Source: the human T2T-CHM13v2.0 reference genome, Homo sapiens
Assembly (NCBI RefSeq): GCF_009914755.1
Contig: NC_060926.1
DNA length: 64,000 nt
Strand: one strand, 5' to 3'
Shown here: piece by piece, positions 14,440 through 33,614 of the stretch
How positions within the stretch are numbered: the stretch's first letter is position 1
Layout: each line of letters starts with the position of its first letter
Program-made: the position numbers and the translations under genes
The notes under the pieces: model-generated
Told to the model about the DNA's origin: nothing
Database searches by the model: none
Seen by the model: only the letters and a program-made list of their open reading frames with translations

Positions 14440-14768
14440 GGGCAGGAGTGTGGGCCAAATCTGGCCTACTGCCTGTTTCTGTACAGCTTGTGACCTCAGA
14501 ATTGGTTTTACATTTTTAAGCAGATTTTTAAAAGTCAAAAAAGATTTTTTGATATTGTTGCACGAGAAAACTACAATAAATTAAAATTTCTGTGTCCATA
14601 AATAAAGTTCTATTGGAACACAGCTATGCTCATTTGTTGACATGCTGCGTATTGCTGCTTTTGCACTACAATAGCAGAGTTGGGGAACTGCAACAGAGGC
14701 TGTACAGCCTGCATAACCTAAAATATTTACCATATAGCTTTTTATAGAAACAAATTTGCTGATTCCTG
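14440..14768. mobile_element. MER58 (B-like) hAT-Charlie
   Basis: gggccaaatctggcct...ataaagttctattggaacacagc...cctaaaatatttac...tttgctgattcctg. Confidence 0.85.
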
Positions 14769-15122
14769 CTCTAGAGTAAAGGGGGGAACCTCTTTTACAG
14801 TGGACAGAAATTGCATTTGATCAAATATCTTAGATTAAGCTCTAGGCAGCTGACTCATATCCTTATCCCTATCTTAGTCTGATATGGAAAGTAAATGTAT
14901 AGTTTATTCCATGGCTAATTGACTTTTCCTGCAAAGGGATCTGAGAGCTCCCTGAGAGGAGTTACGGTTCTGCATGTTTAGAAAAGGATTGGGCTTTGGC
15001 TACAACCCAGAACTGAGAACAACCATCCTGAGTGACACTTTGAAGAAGCAATAAAACTCTTGTTTTTTATTTTTATTTATTTATTTTTTATTATAGTAAC
15101 ATATGAATGCTATAACAATTCA

Positions 15123-15419
<297 letters not shown>

Positions 15420-15683
15420 TCAGGCATTCAGGCTGCAATAACCATCAGAGGCCATGATACTCTTAAGGGTTAATGCATTGAGGCACTAATTGAGGAAACA
15501 GTTACTGTGCATTGAGATAGTAAATTTGACATTCAAGAGCACTTTAGGTAATTAACATCTCTTACTACCCCAAACTGGGGTGGCGGGTGGTGTGATAGGG
15601 ATGGGGGGAATGAGAATTTCTGGAGTGTGACTTTAAGTCTAAACCGCATTGTTGGTTTCCACTTTACCATCAGCATGGTGGTT

Positions 15684-16438
15684 GTTGTGCACTGAATTGT
15701 GTCCCCTCCAAAGATAGGTTGAAGTCCTAATTCTTGCTACCTGTGAATGTGATCTTATTTGGAAATAAGGTTTTTGCAGATGTAATTAATTAGTCAAGAT
15801 GAGGTCATATTAGATTAGGGTGGACTCTAAATCCAATGACTTGAATCCTTACAGGGATGCAGAGACATGGAGAATGCCAAGCGATACTGGAGGCAGAGAT
15901 TGGAGTGATGCAGTTGCAAGCACAGGAATGCCAACTTTTCCCACATCCATCAGAAGCTGGGCTAGAGGCCGGGCATGGTGGCTTATGCCTCTCATCCCAG
16001 CACTTTGGGAAGCCAAGGCAAGCAGATCATTAGAGGTCAGGAGTTTGAGACCAGCCTGGGCAACATGGCAAAACCCTGTCTCTACTAAAAATACGAAAAT
16101 TAGCCAGGCATGGTGGCACATGCTTGTCGTCCTAGCTACTTGAGAAGCTGAGGCAGGAGAATCACTTGAACCTGTGGAGGCTGCAGTGAGCCGTGATCAT
16201 GCCACTGCACTCCAGCCTGGGCGACAGAGTAAGACTCTAACTCACACATATACAAAAAAAGAAGCTAGGATAGAGACATGGAAGGGGCCTCTCCTAGAGC
16301 CTTTAGAGGGAATGTGGCCCTGCTGAAACCTTGATGGCAGATGTCTGGCCTCCAGAATTGTGAGAAAATAGATTTCTGTTGTTTTCAGCCACTCAGATTG
16401 TGGTAATGTATCATGGCAGCCCCAGGAAACTAATGCAG
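15684..16438 (+). mobile_element. MLT1 (B/C-like) LTR split by an Alu
   Basis: ctgaattgtgtcccct...cttatttggaaataagg...ggcagccccaggaaactaatgca. Confidence 0.85.
15968..16260 (+). mobile_element. Alu in MLT1
   Basis: TSD agaagctgggctagag/agaagctaggatagag. Confidence 0.92.
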
Positions 16439-17224
16439 CACTAGACAATTGCATAAATTAATTTTTCTATCCAAATGTGACCCACTGTGACAAAGACCTC
16501 AATTTGACTCCTTGTACTATGTATGAGTCATGTGTGATATGTGATAGACAGATGACAGAGAGCTAGGTGCACCCTCACTGCCCAGCCCTGCCCTATGCCA
16601 CAGGTGTGGACTGCCTGGACCCAAGGCACCTGCCTCCAAGTGGGTGGAAGCCAATCCCAGAATCATCACAGGACCCTGAACGATCAGGAGCTGTACAAAT
16701 GCATTACAGAGGAGGAACAATTGGAAAGCAGCCCGACTTGCAGAGATGAGGTAATGGGCAATTCTCCTTAGTAAAGTCGTCAGGTAGCCCCAAAGACACT
16801 GCCACAAAAGGCAGCTCAGAAAATAGCGGCTACAGCTCTGGTCAGAGAACAGTCCTCATAGGAGTGGGAAAAGGAAATAATCTTTACTTGCTCATTGCTC
16901 TTTTATAAAGTTATATAAACTTTTGAAGGATAAAAATTAATAAATGCCATAATGGAAATTTGGAAAATGGAGAATGAGAAGGAAAATAACAACCACTAAC
17001 AATTTTCACTATTCACAGGATAAGTCAGCTGTTTTATTTGTTTGGAACATTTTTCGACTTAAAAGTCATATATGCTCACTGCAGAGAACATGAAAAAATA
17101 CATAAGGAAACAGAAAGAAGGTAAATATACCCAAGTTTTACCACCCAAAGGTACTTTGTGTTAATCTTTTGGTGTATTTTGTTGGAGTCTTTTTCTTATT
17201 TACAGCATAGTTCTGAGTACCACT

Positions 17225-17437
17225 TTTTTGGAGGCAGGGTCATGCTGTCCCCCAGGCTAAAATGCAGTGGCACAATCATAGCTCACTGCAGCTTTGAACT
17301 CCTGGGCTCACACAATCCTCCTGCCTCAGCCTCCTGAGTAGCTGGGACTATAGGGGCTTGAAACCATGCCTGGTTAATTTAAAAAAAATTTTTTTTTTTT
17401 TTTGTATAGATAGAGGTCTCACTATGTTGCTCAGGCC
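17225..17437 (-). mobile_element. Alu (J-type), partial
   Basis: Reverse right arm. Confidence 0.85.
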
Positions 17438-17693
17438 TGTACAAGTACTTTTGATCATACTACATACACAATTCTGTGTCCTGATTTTTTTCATTGAATT
17501 CTATGCATTTATCATGTTATTATAAACTCTTCCTAAACTTGAGTTTAATGGCTGCATAACAGCTTACCAAGTGCATATGACAGGATTTACTTTACCTTCC
17601 CCAAATTTTCCAATATTTTGTCACTATAAATAACACCACATTATTTTTCAATAATCCCTGCACAAAGCTTTTTCTGTATTTAGAATTATTTCA

Positions 17694-18139
<446 letters not shown>

Positions 18140-18193
18140 TTATTCCTTTAGGATGATTTTCTATGAGTGGAATTATTAGACTGAGAGGTGTAA

Positions 18194-18589
<396 letters not shown>

Positions 18590-19026
18590 TAAAAAAGAAA
18601 ATAAAACATCACCCATCACCCAGAGAGAAACCAAGTGAACCTTTTGGAATAGAATTGGGACCAGTCTGTGTGTGCAGCTATGTGTTCTTTTTCACTTAGC
18701 CCCATGTTGTGAGCTGTAGCGTTTCTCATGTCATTAAAATCCTTTAAAAATATATTTTTACAGTATTAAGTCAGATAAATTCTTTAGCCATTTCCTTATT
18801 TCTGAATGACTGGGTTCCTCTTAATTTTTTTCTCAGTAATAAATGGTTCTACAATGAACATTATGTTGTATTATTTTGGAGGGTAGTATCTTGGATTATG
18901 GGAGATTCCTAAAAGTGAAATTAAAGATACAAAGGGCACTTACTGCGTTCTCAAGAATTTGTTCGAAATTGTGTTCCCACTAAAAACAATCTTGTGAGCT
19001 CTCAGTAGTTATTGTTTGAAAAATCT

Positions 19027-19426
<400 letters not shown>

Positions 19427-19648
19427 TTATTTCATGTTTTTAGCCTTTTCTTTCATCTGTGAACTGTCAATATCTTGCTAATTTTTCTATTCAGAGCTTT
19501 TGTGGTTCTCTTTTAAACCAATTTATATAAGCTCTTATCTATCAACCTATTACCAATTTTGAAATATTCTCTCCTTTGGTTATTGACTTTAAAATTTTTA
19601 TCTCTCTGTGTATATCTATATATCTATATATAGGAGGAGCTTAAATTT

Positions 19649-20690
19649 ATTTTGTGGTAAAATACACATAATATAAAATTTACCATTTAACCATTTAAGA
19701 GTGTGCAATTCAGTGGCATGAAGTACATTCGGTGTTGCACAATCATCACCACTATGCACCTCCAAAGTTTTTTCCATCATCCCAGCCTGAAACTCTGTAT
19801 CCTTTAAACAACAACTCCCCATTCTCCCTTCCCCCAGCCCTGATAACCACTATTCTTTTTTGTCTCCATGAATTTGACTATTCTAGGTAGAGCACGTAAA
19901 TAGAATCATACGATATTTGTCCTTTTCTGTCTGTCTTATTTCACTCAGCTTAGTGTCTTCAAGGTGCATCCATGTCATAGCATATATCAGAATTTCATTT
20001 CTTTTTGAGTAAGATTTCATTATATGTATATACCACATTTTGTTTATCCACTCATCCTTGATGGACATTTGGGTTGTTTCCACCTTTTGTCATTGTGAAT
20101 AATCCTACTATAAGCATTGGCATACAAATATCTTCAAGTCCCTGCTGCCAATTTTTTTGGGTATGTACCTAGAAGTGGAATTGCTGCATCATACAGTGAT
20201 TCTATGTTTAATTTTTTGAAGAGCTGCCATACTGCTTTCCACAGCAGTTGCACCATTGTACTTTCCCACTAGCAATGAATGAGGGCTCTAATTTCTTCAT
20301 ATCTTTACCAACACTTGTTATTTTGTTCTGTGTGTTTTTTAAAAATAATAGTCATCCTAATGGGTGCAAAGTGGTATCTAACTGTGGTTTTGATTTGCAT
20401 ATCCCTAATGATTACCATAAGCATCTTTCATGTGCTTATTGGCCATTCGTATAGCTTCTTTTTTACTTTTTATTTTTTACATTTTTAATTAATTTTTTTT
20501 TTTTTTTTTTTGAGACAGGGTCTCACTTTGTCGCCTGGGCTGGAGTGTAGTGGTGCAGTCTTGGCTCACTGCAACCTCTGTCTCCTGGGTTCAACTGACT
20601 CTCATGCCTCAGACTCCTGAGTTAGCTGGGATTACTGGTTTGAGCCACTGCGCCCTGCCTTATATATCTTCTTTAAAGAAATGTCTATTC
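19649..20690 (-). mobile_element. Older L1M (L1MB-like) 3' part, left half of the element split by the L1PB
   Basis: L1M 3'UTR and ORF2-end sequence in reverse; TSD aggagcttaaattt at 19635-19648. Confidence 0.85.
20490..20659 (-). mobile_element. Alu single-arm element in L1M
   Basis: Reverse arm with T tail. Confidence 0.85.
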
Positions 20691-21453
20691 TGATGGCTTC
20701 TGAGGAAAATGGTTGATAGGAGGCAGGACTAACTTGCAGCTATGACTCAGACGGACAGAGCAGCGTGTGGAGACTTACATCATGAACTTTTGCTCCAAGA
20801 ACTACCACAGGAACATACCAGGTAAGCCAAGAGAATCCACAGACCCTTTGAAGAAGGTGGATTACCACTGCAGGCTCTGTGGGACAGCCAAGGAGCTCCG
20901 AAGACAAAAGCCATATTCTCCTGGGAGCTCTATGGCCCCACCCACTGCCTGATCCACCCTATGCTACCGCAGCTGATGTGCTCTTGAGAGCACCAGCTCC
21001 TGGCTGGAGGTCAACCAACATAAAACTAGTGCGCATAACAAAAATACAACCAAGTCAACCAACATAAAACCAGTGTGCTTAACAAAAATACAACCAAGGA
21101 CCCTCATAGAGTCCACTTCACTCCCCTGCTACCTCTACCAGAGCAGGTGCTGGTATCCATAGCTGAAAGATCTGACAATGGATCACATCACGGGACTCTT
21201 TGCAGACACTTCCTAGTACCAGCCCAGAGCCTGGTAGCTTCTCTGGGTGGCTAGATCCAGAAGAGAAATAACAATCAATGCAGTTTGGCTCTGAGGAAGC
21301 CCCATCCCTAGGGGAAAGGGGAGAGCACCACATCAAGGAAGCACCCCATGGGACAAAAGAATCTGAACAGCAGCCCTCAAGTCCCAGATCTTCCCTCTGA
21401 CATAGTCTACCCAAATGAGAAGGAACCAGAAAAACAATCCAGTAACATGATGA

Positions 21454-21757
<304 letters not shown>

Positions 21758-24700
21758 CAAAACAAGGTTCTTTAACACTTCCAAAAGATCACACTAACTC
21801 ACCAGCAATGGATCCAAGCCAGGAGAAAAATCTCTGAATTGGCAGAAAAAGAATTCAGAAGGTCAACTATTAAGCCAATCAAGGAGGCACCAGAGAAAGA
21901 TGAAGTCCAACCTAAAGAAATAAAAAAATGATACAGGATATGAATGGAAAAATCTCCAGTGAAACAGAGAGCATAAATAAAAAAACAGTCACAACTTCTG
22001 GAAATCAAGGACACACTTAGAGAAATGCAAAATGCACTAGAAAGTCTCAGCAACAGAACTGCACAAGTTCAAGAAAGAACTTCAGCGCTTGAAGACCAGA
22101 CTTTCAAATTAACCCAATCTGTCAAAGACAAAGAAAAAAAGAATTAAAAAAATGAACAAAGCCTCCAAGAAGTTTGGTATTATGTTTAACGATGAAACCT
22201 AAGAATAATTGGTGTTCCCAAGGAAAAAGAGAAATCTAAAAGTTTGGAAAACATATTTGAGGGAATAATTGAGGAAAACTTCCCCGGCCTTGCTAGAGAT
22301 CTAGACATCCAAATACAAGAAGCCATCCAAATCCCAAGAACACCAGGGAAATTCATTGCAAAAAGATCATCGCCTAGGCACATAGGCATCAGGTTATCTA
22401 AAATCAAGACAAAGGAAAGAATATTAAGGACTCTGAGGCAAAAGCATCAGGTACTATAAAGGAAAACCTATCAGATTAACAGCAGATTTCTCAGTAGAAA
22501 CCCTACAAGCTAGAGGGGATTGAGGTCCTATCTTTAGCCTCCTTAAACAAAACAATTATCAGCCAAGAATTTTGTATCTAGCGAAACTAAGCTTCATAAA
22601 TTAAGGAAAGATACAGTCTTTTTCAGACAAACAAATGCTGAGAGAATTTGCCAATGCCAAGCCAGCACTATAGGAACTGTTAAAAGGAGCTCTAAATCTT
22701 GAAACAAATATTTGAAATACACCAAAATAGAATCTCCTTAAAGCATAAATCTCACAGGACCTATAAAACAGCAACACAATGAAAAAAACCCAGGGTATTC
22801 AGGTAACAAGTAGCATGATGAATAGTACCTCACATCTCAATACTGATGTTGGATGTAAATGGCTTAAATGGTCCACTTAAAAGATACAGAATGGCAGAGT
22901 AGACAAAAATTCACCAACCAAGTATCTGCTGTCTTTATGAGACCCACCTGACACATAAGGACTCACATAAGCTTAAAGTAAAGTGGGGGGAAAGGGTATT
23001 CCATGCCAGTGGACACCAAAAGTGAGCAGGAATAGCTATTCTCATATCAGACAAAACAGACTTTAAAGCAACAGCAGTTAAAAAAGACAAAGAGGGACAT
23101 TATATAATGATAAAAAAAAAAAAAAACTAGTCCAACAGGTAAATATCACAATCCTAAATATATACGCACCTAACATTGGAGCTTCCATATTTATAAAACA
23201 ATTACTATTAGACCTAAGAAATGAGATAGTAACACAATAATAGTGGAGGACTTCAACACTCCACTGACAACACTAGACAGGTCATCAAGACAGAAAGTCA
23301 ACAAAGAAACAATGGACTTAAACTATATCCTACAACAAATGGACTTAACAGATATTTACAGAACTTTCTACACCATAAATGCAGAATATACATTCTGTTC
23401 ATCAACACATGGAACATCTGCCAAGATAGACCATATAATAGGCCACAAAATAAAAAAATTTAAGAAAATTGAAATTATAGCAAGAACTCTCACAGATCAC
23501 AGTGGAATAGAATTGGAAATCAACTCCAAAAGGAATTCTCAAAACCATGCAAATACATGGAAATTAAATGACCTGCTCCTGAATGATTGTTCAGTCAACA
23601 ATGAAACCAAGATGGAAACTTAAAAATTCTTTGAACTGAACAATAATAGTGACACAACCTATCAAAACCTCTGGGATACAGCAAAGGCAATGCCAAGAGG
23701 AAAGTTTATAGCATTAAATGCCTACATCAAAAAGTCTGAAAGAGCACAAATAGACAATCTAAGGTCACATTTCAAGGAGCTAGAGAAAGAGGAAAAAAAC
23801 AAACGTAAACCCAGCAGAAGAAAAGAAATAACCAAGATCAGAGCAGAAGTAAATGATATTGAAACAACAAAAAAAACCCACAAAAGATAAATGAAACACA
23901 AATCTGGTTCTTTGAAAAGATAAATAAAATTGATAGGCCATTAGCAAGATTAACCAATAAAAGAAGAGAGAAGATCAAACTAAGCTCAATTAGAAATGAA
24001 ACAGGAGATATTATAACTGATACCACAGAAATACAAAAGATCACTCAAGGCTCCTATGAATACCTTTACGTGCATAAACTAGAAAACCTAGAGGAGGATG
24101 GATAAATTCCTGGAAATATGCAACTCTCCTAGATTAAACCAGGAAGAAATAGAACCTCTGAACAGACCAATAAGAAGCAGCGAGATTGAAATGATAATTA
24201 AAAAGTTACCAATGAAAAAAAGTCCAAGACCAGAGAGATTCACAGCTAAATTCTATCAGACATTCAAAGAAAAATTGGTACTAATCCTATTGACACTATT
24301 CCAAAAGACAGAGAAAGGGAATCCTCTCTAAATCACTCTATGAAGACAGTATCACCCTAATAACAAAACCAGAAAAGGACATAACAAAAAAAGAAAACTA
24401 CAGACCAATGTCCTTGATGAACATAGATGCAAAAATCCTCAACAAAATACTAGCTAACCAAATCCAACAGCATGTCAAAAAGATAATCCACCATGATCAA
24501 GTGGATTTCATACCAGGGATGCAGGGATGGTTTAACATCTGCAATCAATAAATGCGATACACCACATAAACATAATTAAAAACAAAAATCACAAGGTCAT
24601 CTCAATAGATGCAGAAAAAGCACTTGACAAAATTCAGCATTGCTTTATGATGAAAACCCTCAGAAAAATCAGCACAGAAGGGACATATCTTAAGGTAATA

Positions 24701-26804
24701 AAAACCATTGATGACAAACCCACAGTCAACATTATACTGAATAGGGAAAAGTTGAAAGCATTTCCCCTGAGAACTGGAACAAGACAAGGATGCCCACTTT
24801 CACCACTTCTATTCAACATAGTACTGGAAGTCCTAGCTAGAGCAATCAGACAAGAGAAAAAAATAAAGGGCATCTAAATTGGTAAAGAGGAAGTCAAACT
24901 TTTGCTGTTGGCTGATGACATGATCATATATCTAGAAAACCCTAAAGACTCCTTCAAAAAGCTCCTAGAACTGGTAAATGAATTCAGCAAAATTTTAGGA
25001 TAACAAAATTAATGTACATAAATCAGTAGCCCCGCTATATACCAACAACAACCAAGCTGAGAATCAAACCAAGAACTCAACCCCTTTTACAATAGCTGCA
25101 AAAAAATAAAATACTTAGGAATATACTTAACCAAGGAGGTGAAAGACCTCTACAAGGAAAACTACAAAACATTGCTGAAAGAAATCATAGATGACACAAA
25201 CAAATGGAAACACATCCTATGCTCATGGATGGGTAGAATCAATATTGTGAAGACGACCATACTGCCAAAAGCAACCTACAAATCCAATGCAATTCCCATC
25301 AAAATACCCCCATCATTCTTCACAGAACTTGAAAAAACAATCCTAAAATTCATATAGAACCAAAAAAAGAGCCCACTAGCCAGAGCAAGACTAAGCAAAA
25401 AGAACAAATCTGGAGGGATTATCCTACCTGACTTCAAACTATACTATAAGGCCATAGTCATCAAAGCAGTATGGTATTGGTATAAAAACAGGCATATAGA
25501 CCAATGGAACAGAATAGAGAAACCAGAAATAAAGCCAAATACTTATAGTCAAATGATCTTTGACAAAGCAAACAAAAACATAAAGTGATGAATGGACACC
25601 TTATTAAACAAATGGTGCTGGTATAATTGGCAAGCCACATGTAGAAGAATGAAACTGGATCCTCACCTCTCACCTTATACAAAAATCATCTCAAGATGGA
25701 TCAAAGACTTCAATCTAAGACCTGAAACCATAAAAATTCTAGAAGATAACACTGGCTTAGGCAAAGACTTCTCATGACCAAGAACCCAAAAGCAAATGCA
25801 ACAAAAACAAAGATAAATAGATGGAACTTAAACTAAAAAAGCTTCTGCACAGCAAAAGAAATAATCAGCAGAGTAAACAGACAACCCACAGTGTGGGAGA
25901 AAATCTTCACAATCTATACATCCAACAGAGGACTAATATCCAGAATCTACAAGCAACTCAAATCAGCAAGAAAAAACAAACAATCCCATCAAAAAGTGGG
26001 CTAAGGACATGAATAGACGTTCTCAAAAGAAGATATACAAATGGCTAACAAAAACATGAAAAAAATGCTCAACATCACTAATTATCAGGGAAACGCAAAT
26101 CAAAACCATAATGTGATACCACTTTACTCCTGCAAGAATGGCTATAACCAAAAAAATAAAAAAAAAAAAAACTACAGATGTTGGCATGGATGTGGTGAAA
26201 AGGGAACACTTTTACACTCTGGAGGGAATCTAAATTAATACAACCACTATGAAAAACAGTGTGGAGATTCCTTAAAGAACTAAAAGTAGATCTACCATTT
26301 GATCCAGCAGCCCCACTCCTGGGTATCTACCGAGAGGAAAAGAAGTCATTATATAAAAAATATACTTGCACACGCATGTTTACAGCAGCACATTTGCAAT
26401 TGAAAAAATATGGAACCAGCCCAAATGTCCATCAATCAACAAGTAGATAAAGAAAATGTGGTATATATATACCGCAGAATACTACTTAGTCATACAAAGG
26501 AACAAAATAATGCCATTTGCAGCAACCTGGATGGAACTGGAGACCATTATTCTAACCATTATTCTAACCATTATTCCTGAAATAACTCAGGAATAGAAAA
26601 CCAAACATCTATGTTCCAATAAGTGGGAGCTAAGCTATGAGGACACAAAGGCATAAGAATAATACAATGGACTTTGGGGACTCAGCCGAAAGGGTCGGGC
26701 GGCGGGTGAGGGATAAAAGACTACACATTGGGCACAGTGTACACTGCTCAGGTGGTGGGGGAACCAAAATTCCAGAAATCACCACCAAAGAACTTATTCA
26801 CATA

Positions 26805-27137
26805 GCCAGGTGTGGTGGCTAACACATGTAATCCCAGCACTTTGGGAGGCCGAGGCAGGCAGATGACTTGAGCTCAGGAGTTCAAGACAAGCCTGGCCAA
26901 CATTGCAAAAACTCATCTCTACTAAAAATTTAAAAATTAGCTGGGTGTGGTGGCGGGTTCCTGAAGTCACAGCTACTTGGGAGGCTGAGGCAGGAGAATT
27001 GCTTGAACCCAGGAAGTGGAGTTTGCGGTGAGCCGAGATCACACCGCTGCACTCCAGCCTGGGCAACAGAGCAAGACTCTGGACACTGTCTCAAACAAAA
27101 CAAAACAAAACAAAACAAAACAAAACAAAACAAAACA
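26805..27137 (+). mobile_element. Alu in the L1PB 3'UTR with (CAAAA)n tail
   Basis: TSD gaacttattca/gaactttttca. Confidence 0.92.
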
Positions 27138-27202
27138 ATGAACTTTTTCAAGTAACCAAACACCACCTGTTCCCCAAAAACCTATTGAAATAAAACAACA
27201 AA

Positions 27203-27605
27203 AAAGAAATGTCTATTCAAGTCCTTTGCCCACTTTCAAATTAGTTTTTGTTATTGAGTCATAGTTCTGAACATTCTGGCTATTAATTCTTTATTAGGTA
27301 TAAATTTACTAATATTTTCTCCCTTTCCATGGGTTGCTTTTCATTCTGTTTATAGTGTCCTTTGATGCACAGAAGTTTTTAATTTTAATGAAGTCCAATT
27401 TATCTATTTTTCCTTTTGTTGCTTGTGCTTTTGGTGTCACATCCAAGAAATCACTGTTAAATCCAATGTCATGAGGCTTTTTGTCTATGTTTTCTTTTAA
27501 GAGTTTTGTAGCTTTATTTCTTATGTTTAAGTTGGTGATTCATTTTGAGTGAATATAATGTAAGGTAAAGGTCCAACTTCCTTCTTTTGCATGTGGATAT
27601 CCAGT
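27203..27605 (-). mobile_element. Older L1M (L1MB-like), right half
   Basis: Resumes colinearly after the L1PB TSD; ends at aggagcttacattt 27606-27619. Confidence 0.85.
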
Positions 27606-28879
27606 AGGAGCTTACATTTTTATGTGGATGTCTATTGAGCCAGTGTTAGCATTTTATCACATAATGGGACCCCCTCCTTTGCCTTTCTCATTATAAATGG
27701 CCAACAATGACCCCAGCAATGACTCATACCAGTACTTAGAAGACTTGAGCTGTAACCAGTGCCTGAGCTCATGTCTTGTGGAGGTTTCAGCCAGCACTAA
27801 CAAGTTGGCAGTGTCTTGTACTACCACTTTGTTTATAATAATATGGCAAAAGGTATCATTATTGGAATTGCCACAGTGGGTTCACCATTCAGACTTCTGG
27901 ATGTGTTCATGCAGTCAAAATTTCTGAGACAGATGACCCTAACATTGAACTCAGTTCTAAGGTTCTTCATTCAGACAAGAATGACTATGTTTGCTACAGG
28001 AAAACTCAGTAGGAAAGCTGACTTGCATATTCAGCTCAGAAATGCAAAGGAAAATGAAAAAGGAAAGGAAAAAAAGAATGCATATTCATGAAAAATTAAA
28101 AATATTTATACGTTTGGAAGTATTGCCAGTTTAAGAAGCTTTGCCAGCCCATGGAGAAAAATCCCCAAAAGGAACAATTATGAAGTAACTTTTATATGAA
28201 ATGCTGCTCTTATGTTCTTAATGCTTGTAATGGCGTATCTGTGTAGGTTTTTTCACTTATTTTTGTGACAATTGGGTATTTTGGTGGTATATAATGGATT
28301 TCCAGGAAAAAAACCCCAAATCTATGACACCGCATCTATACCATGCATTGGATGACTATCATTCACTTAATTTCCTAAATTGAGGGTCATATATATTTCA
28401 GTAATTTTTTTCTATGTATTTCCTGTATAGTTGAGATCATACTGAATACATATGTTTTCACTTTCCTTTTTCTCTTACCATGTCTTAAACATTTTCCGAT
28501 GCCACTGAAACTCTGCAAACATCCCTACTAATGGCAGCCCAGCATTTCATGATACTGATGCACCATGGTACTATGTGCCGCGTTTGTAACTCGATAGTTT
28601 TCCAGTGTTTGTCTATTTCTCTTTTCAGCCCCATGGCACAGGGACCAATTATCATTAGGATCCTATTATCTTTACCACAAAGCACAGCAACCTCAGAAAG
28701 CCTTGATCGGGTTTTGTTTTTGCCCAACCCTTCCAAATGCATTGCCAAATCACTCGTGTTTGGGTCCCATCAGGATACCGATTATGTCCACACCCAGACT
28801 GCGAGGTGTATGTTGCTAATACATATATTTGTCTGCTGTAAAGTTCTAGATTGAGGGAGAAACAATTATTTGTCCCCCT

Positions 28880-29215
28880 TTCCCTTCAGTTCCTCCTTGC
28901 CTGGAATGATTTCCGTTTTCTTAGCACTCTCTCTGAATCCTCTCTCTTTAATTTTCAGTTTACTCTTCTAGTCTCACCAGCTCTGTGAAGTTTTTTTCAA
29001 CCACTCTCGCCCACATTAATATCTCCCTCCAGGGAACCGTCTGCACCTTCACTTTAGTACTTTATTGCCAATCATCTTGTATTATTCTTTGTTTCTTTTA
29101 CTGTAGATTATAAGTGCATGAAGAACAGAAATGCTTTTAGAAATCTTTTCCTTTCCTATGGGGCAAAGCACAGAAAGGTGACATCTGATAAATTCTAGCT
29201 GAATGGAGCAGAGTT
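28880..29215 (+). mobile_element. L2 3' fragment
   Basis: ccttgcctggaatg...tagattataagtgcatgaag...gctgaatg. Confidence 0.6.
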
Positions 29216-29374
29216 GAAGTGCAAACGAATGTACTGACTAAAAGGCTAAAGTGAGATTTTCCTTTTTGAATAACAACAATACAATATTTGGCATATGTCC
29301 AATATCCAATGTAAGAATTTAAACTATGTCATTTTATCATCATCTGAACTGGGTATTAGTAAAAAAAATTGCTA

Positions 29375-29527
<153 letters not shown>

Positions 29528-29749
29528 TTAACTACTAGTTTAAATAACAGATACACAGCCTATGAGATAAAAACAAATGTGGGCTTCCTTCACTTTTCTA
29601 AAAGAACTTAAATTGGCAATTTTTCACTTGTAACTCTTGTCATACCAAAATTAAAACTTTTATTAAAATATTGTTTTATTATTGAAAAAATTGAAATTAT
29701 AATTGTATATAAAAACTGTCTTTTTTTTTTTTTAAAGAAGGGATTTTCA

Positions 29750-30055
29750 GACTGGGTGTGGTGGCTCATGTCCATAATCCCAGCACTTTGTGAGGCCGAG
29801 GCGGGAGGATAACTTGAAGCCAGGAATTTGAGACCACCCTGGGCAATGCAATGAGACCCTGTCTCTACAAAAAAGTTAAAAAATTAGCCAGGCAAAGTGG
29901 CATGCACTTATGGTCCTAGCTACTGAGGAGGCTGAGGCCGAAGGATCATTTGAGCCTCGAAGGTTGAGGCTGCAGTGAGCTATGATCACACTGCACAGAG
30001 CCTGAGCAACTGAGCTAAACCCTGTCTCGAAAACAAAAAATAAAAATAAAAAATT
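29750..30055 (+). mobile_element. Alu (J-type)
   Basis: Forward dimer. Confidence 0.9.
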
Positions 30056-30271
30056 AAATTCAAGAAGAGAGTAACATACAATTATTTCCTTCACTTTTTG
30101 CTGGGTCCTATTTAAACCGTAAGAGGTAAAACTCTAAATGAGATTAGACTTAAGAGTACCTCTAATAACTGCTGCCACCCAAGAGTCACAATTCAGGTTG
30201 AAAAACTTGCAGATTTGAGAAATTACAAAAACATTTAAATGATAACAAAAAGCAAAATTCACTTATAATTA

Positions 30272-31500
<1,229 letters not shown>

Positions 31501-31944
31501 CGATCTCCACAACTGGGCCCTCACAGGGAACTCTGTACTTTTCAAAGCACTTTCAATTCAAAGCATAAATTATTTCATCCTTGCAACAATCCTGTGATTG
31601 CAAGTGGCCACTGACAGAATTAACTGTCATGAATTAAGTGTCCATTAAGTGTCACAATAATCAACTCCTTCTGCCTCCTTTTCTACTATGCTGTCAGGCC
31701 CTTTAAGCATTTTTGTCAAACTGACAATTCTGAAATGATTGTCTTTGGTTCTTTAATAGCTATCTAGGAAGAGAAAAAGAGCTGAGCCCTAAAATCATTT
31801 TAGGTTGCAGAAATGACACTGGTAACAGGAGCTTGTTCCTATTTAGTCTCAATTACTGTCAATTGCTTCATAATTTGTATGAAGAGCAGTTAGAAGAAAC
31901 TTTTTTAGGTCTCTTAAAAGTACTAAGGCCTTAGACACTAATTA

Positions 31945-32294
<350 letters not shown>

Positions 32295-32673
32295 TTAAGC
32301 AACACACTTAAGAAACTTAGACTAACACTCTGAGTCAGTAACACTCATACTTGGTGATTGCATTAGAACAGGTTATATCCTTTAAATGAGTTTGCATCAA
32401 GTTCTAGAATTTCTAGACTATATGTGTAGCATTACCAAGTAAATGGATTTACATCAATATCTGTCCATTGGCCTATACATATGTTTTCTGCATCTAATCC
32501 ATGTGAAATTTATAGCACTTATTTTTCAACCAAATATACAAAAGGAAATGAAGTATTGACATATTCCAAAGAAACAGGAAAATTTATTTTATAGGAGCAG
32601 GTAACAGAAGTTATTGATAAAGAGTGAGAGGATACTGAAGAAATTTAAAAGGGAGTAAAAACAATTGGAACCT

Positions 32674-33062
<389 letters not shown>

Positions 33063-33200
33063 CTACTCCACTGCAAAGCCACACTCAATGCAAACTCTCT
33101 GCAATGCCTCTTGCAATCAGCTTATTTTCCCTCGAAGAACAAGAAACATGCAAGTCTCTCTTAATAAAATAATTTTAATAAGTTGAGTTTTATACACAGC

Positions 33201-33614
<414 letters not shown>

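Noticed and set aside
22186-26450. Endonuclease/reverse-transcriptase-like ORFs as a functional retro-system
   Set aside because: Fragments of a decayed L1PB with many stops and frameshifts
27690-28410. Possible processed pseudogene (ORFs 27697 and 27816)
   Set aside because: No recognisable protein, poly(A) tail or TSD; may be an old DNA-transposon remnant but I cannot name it
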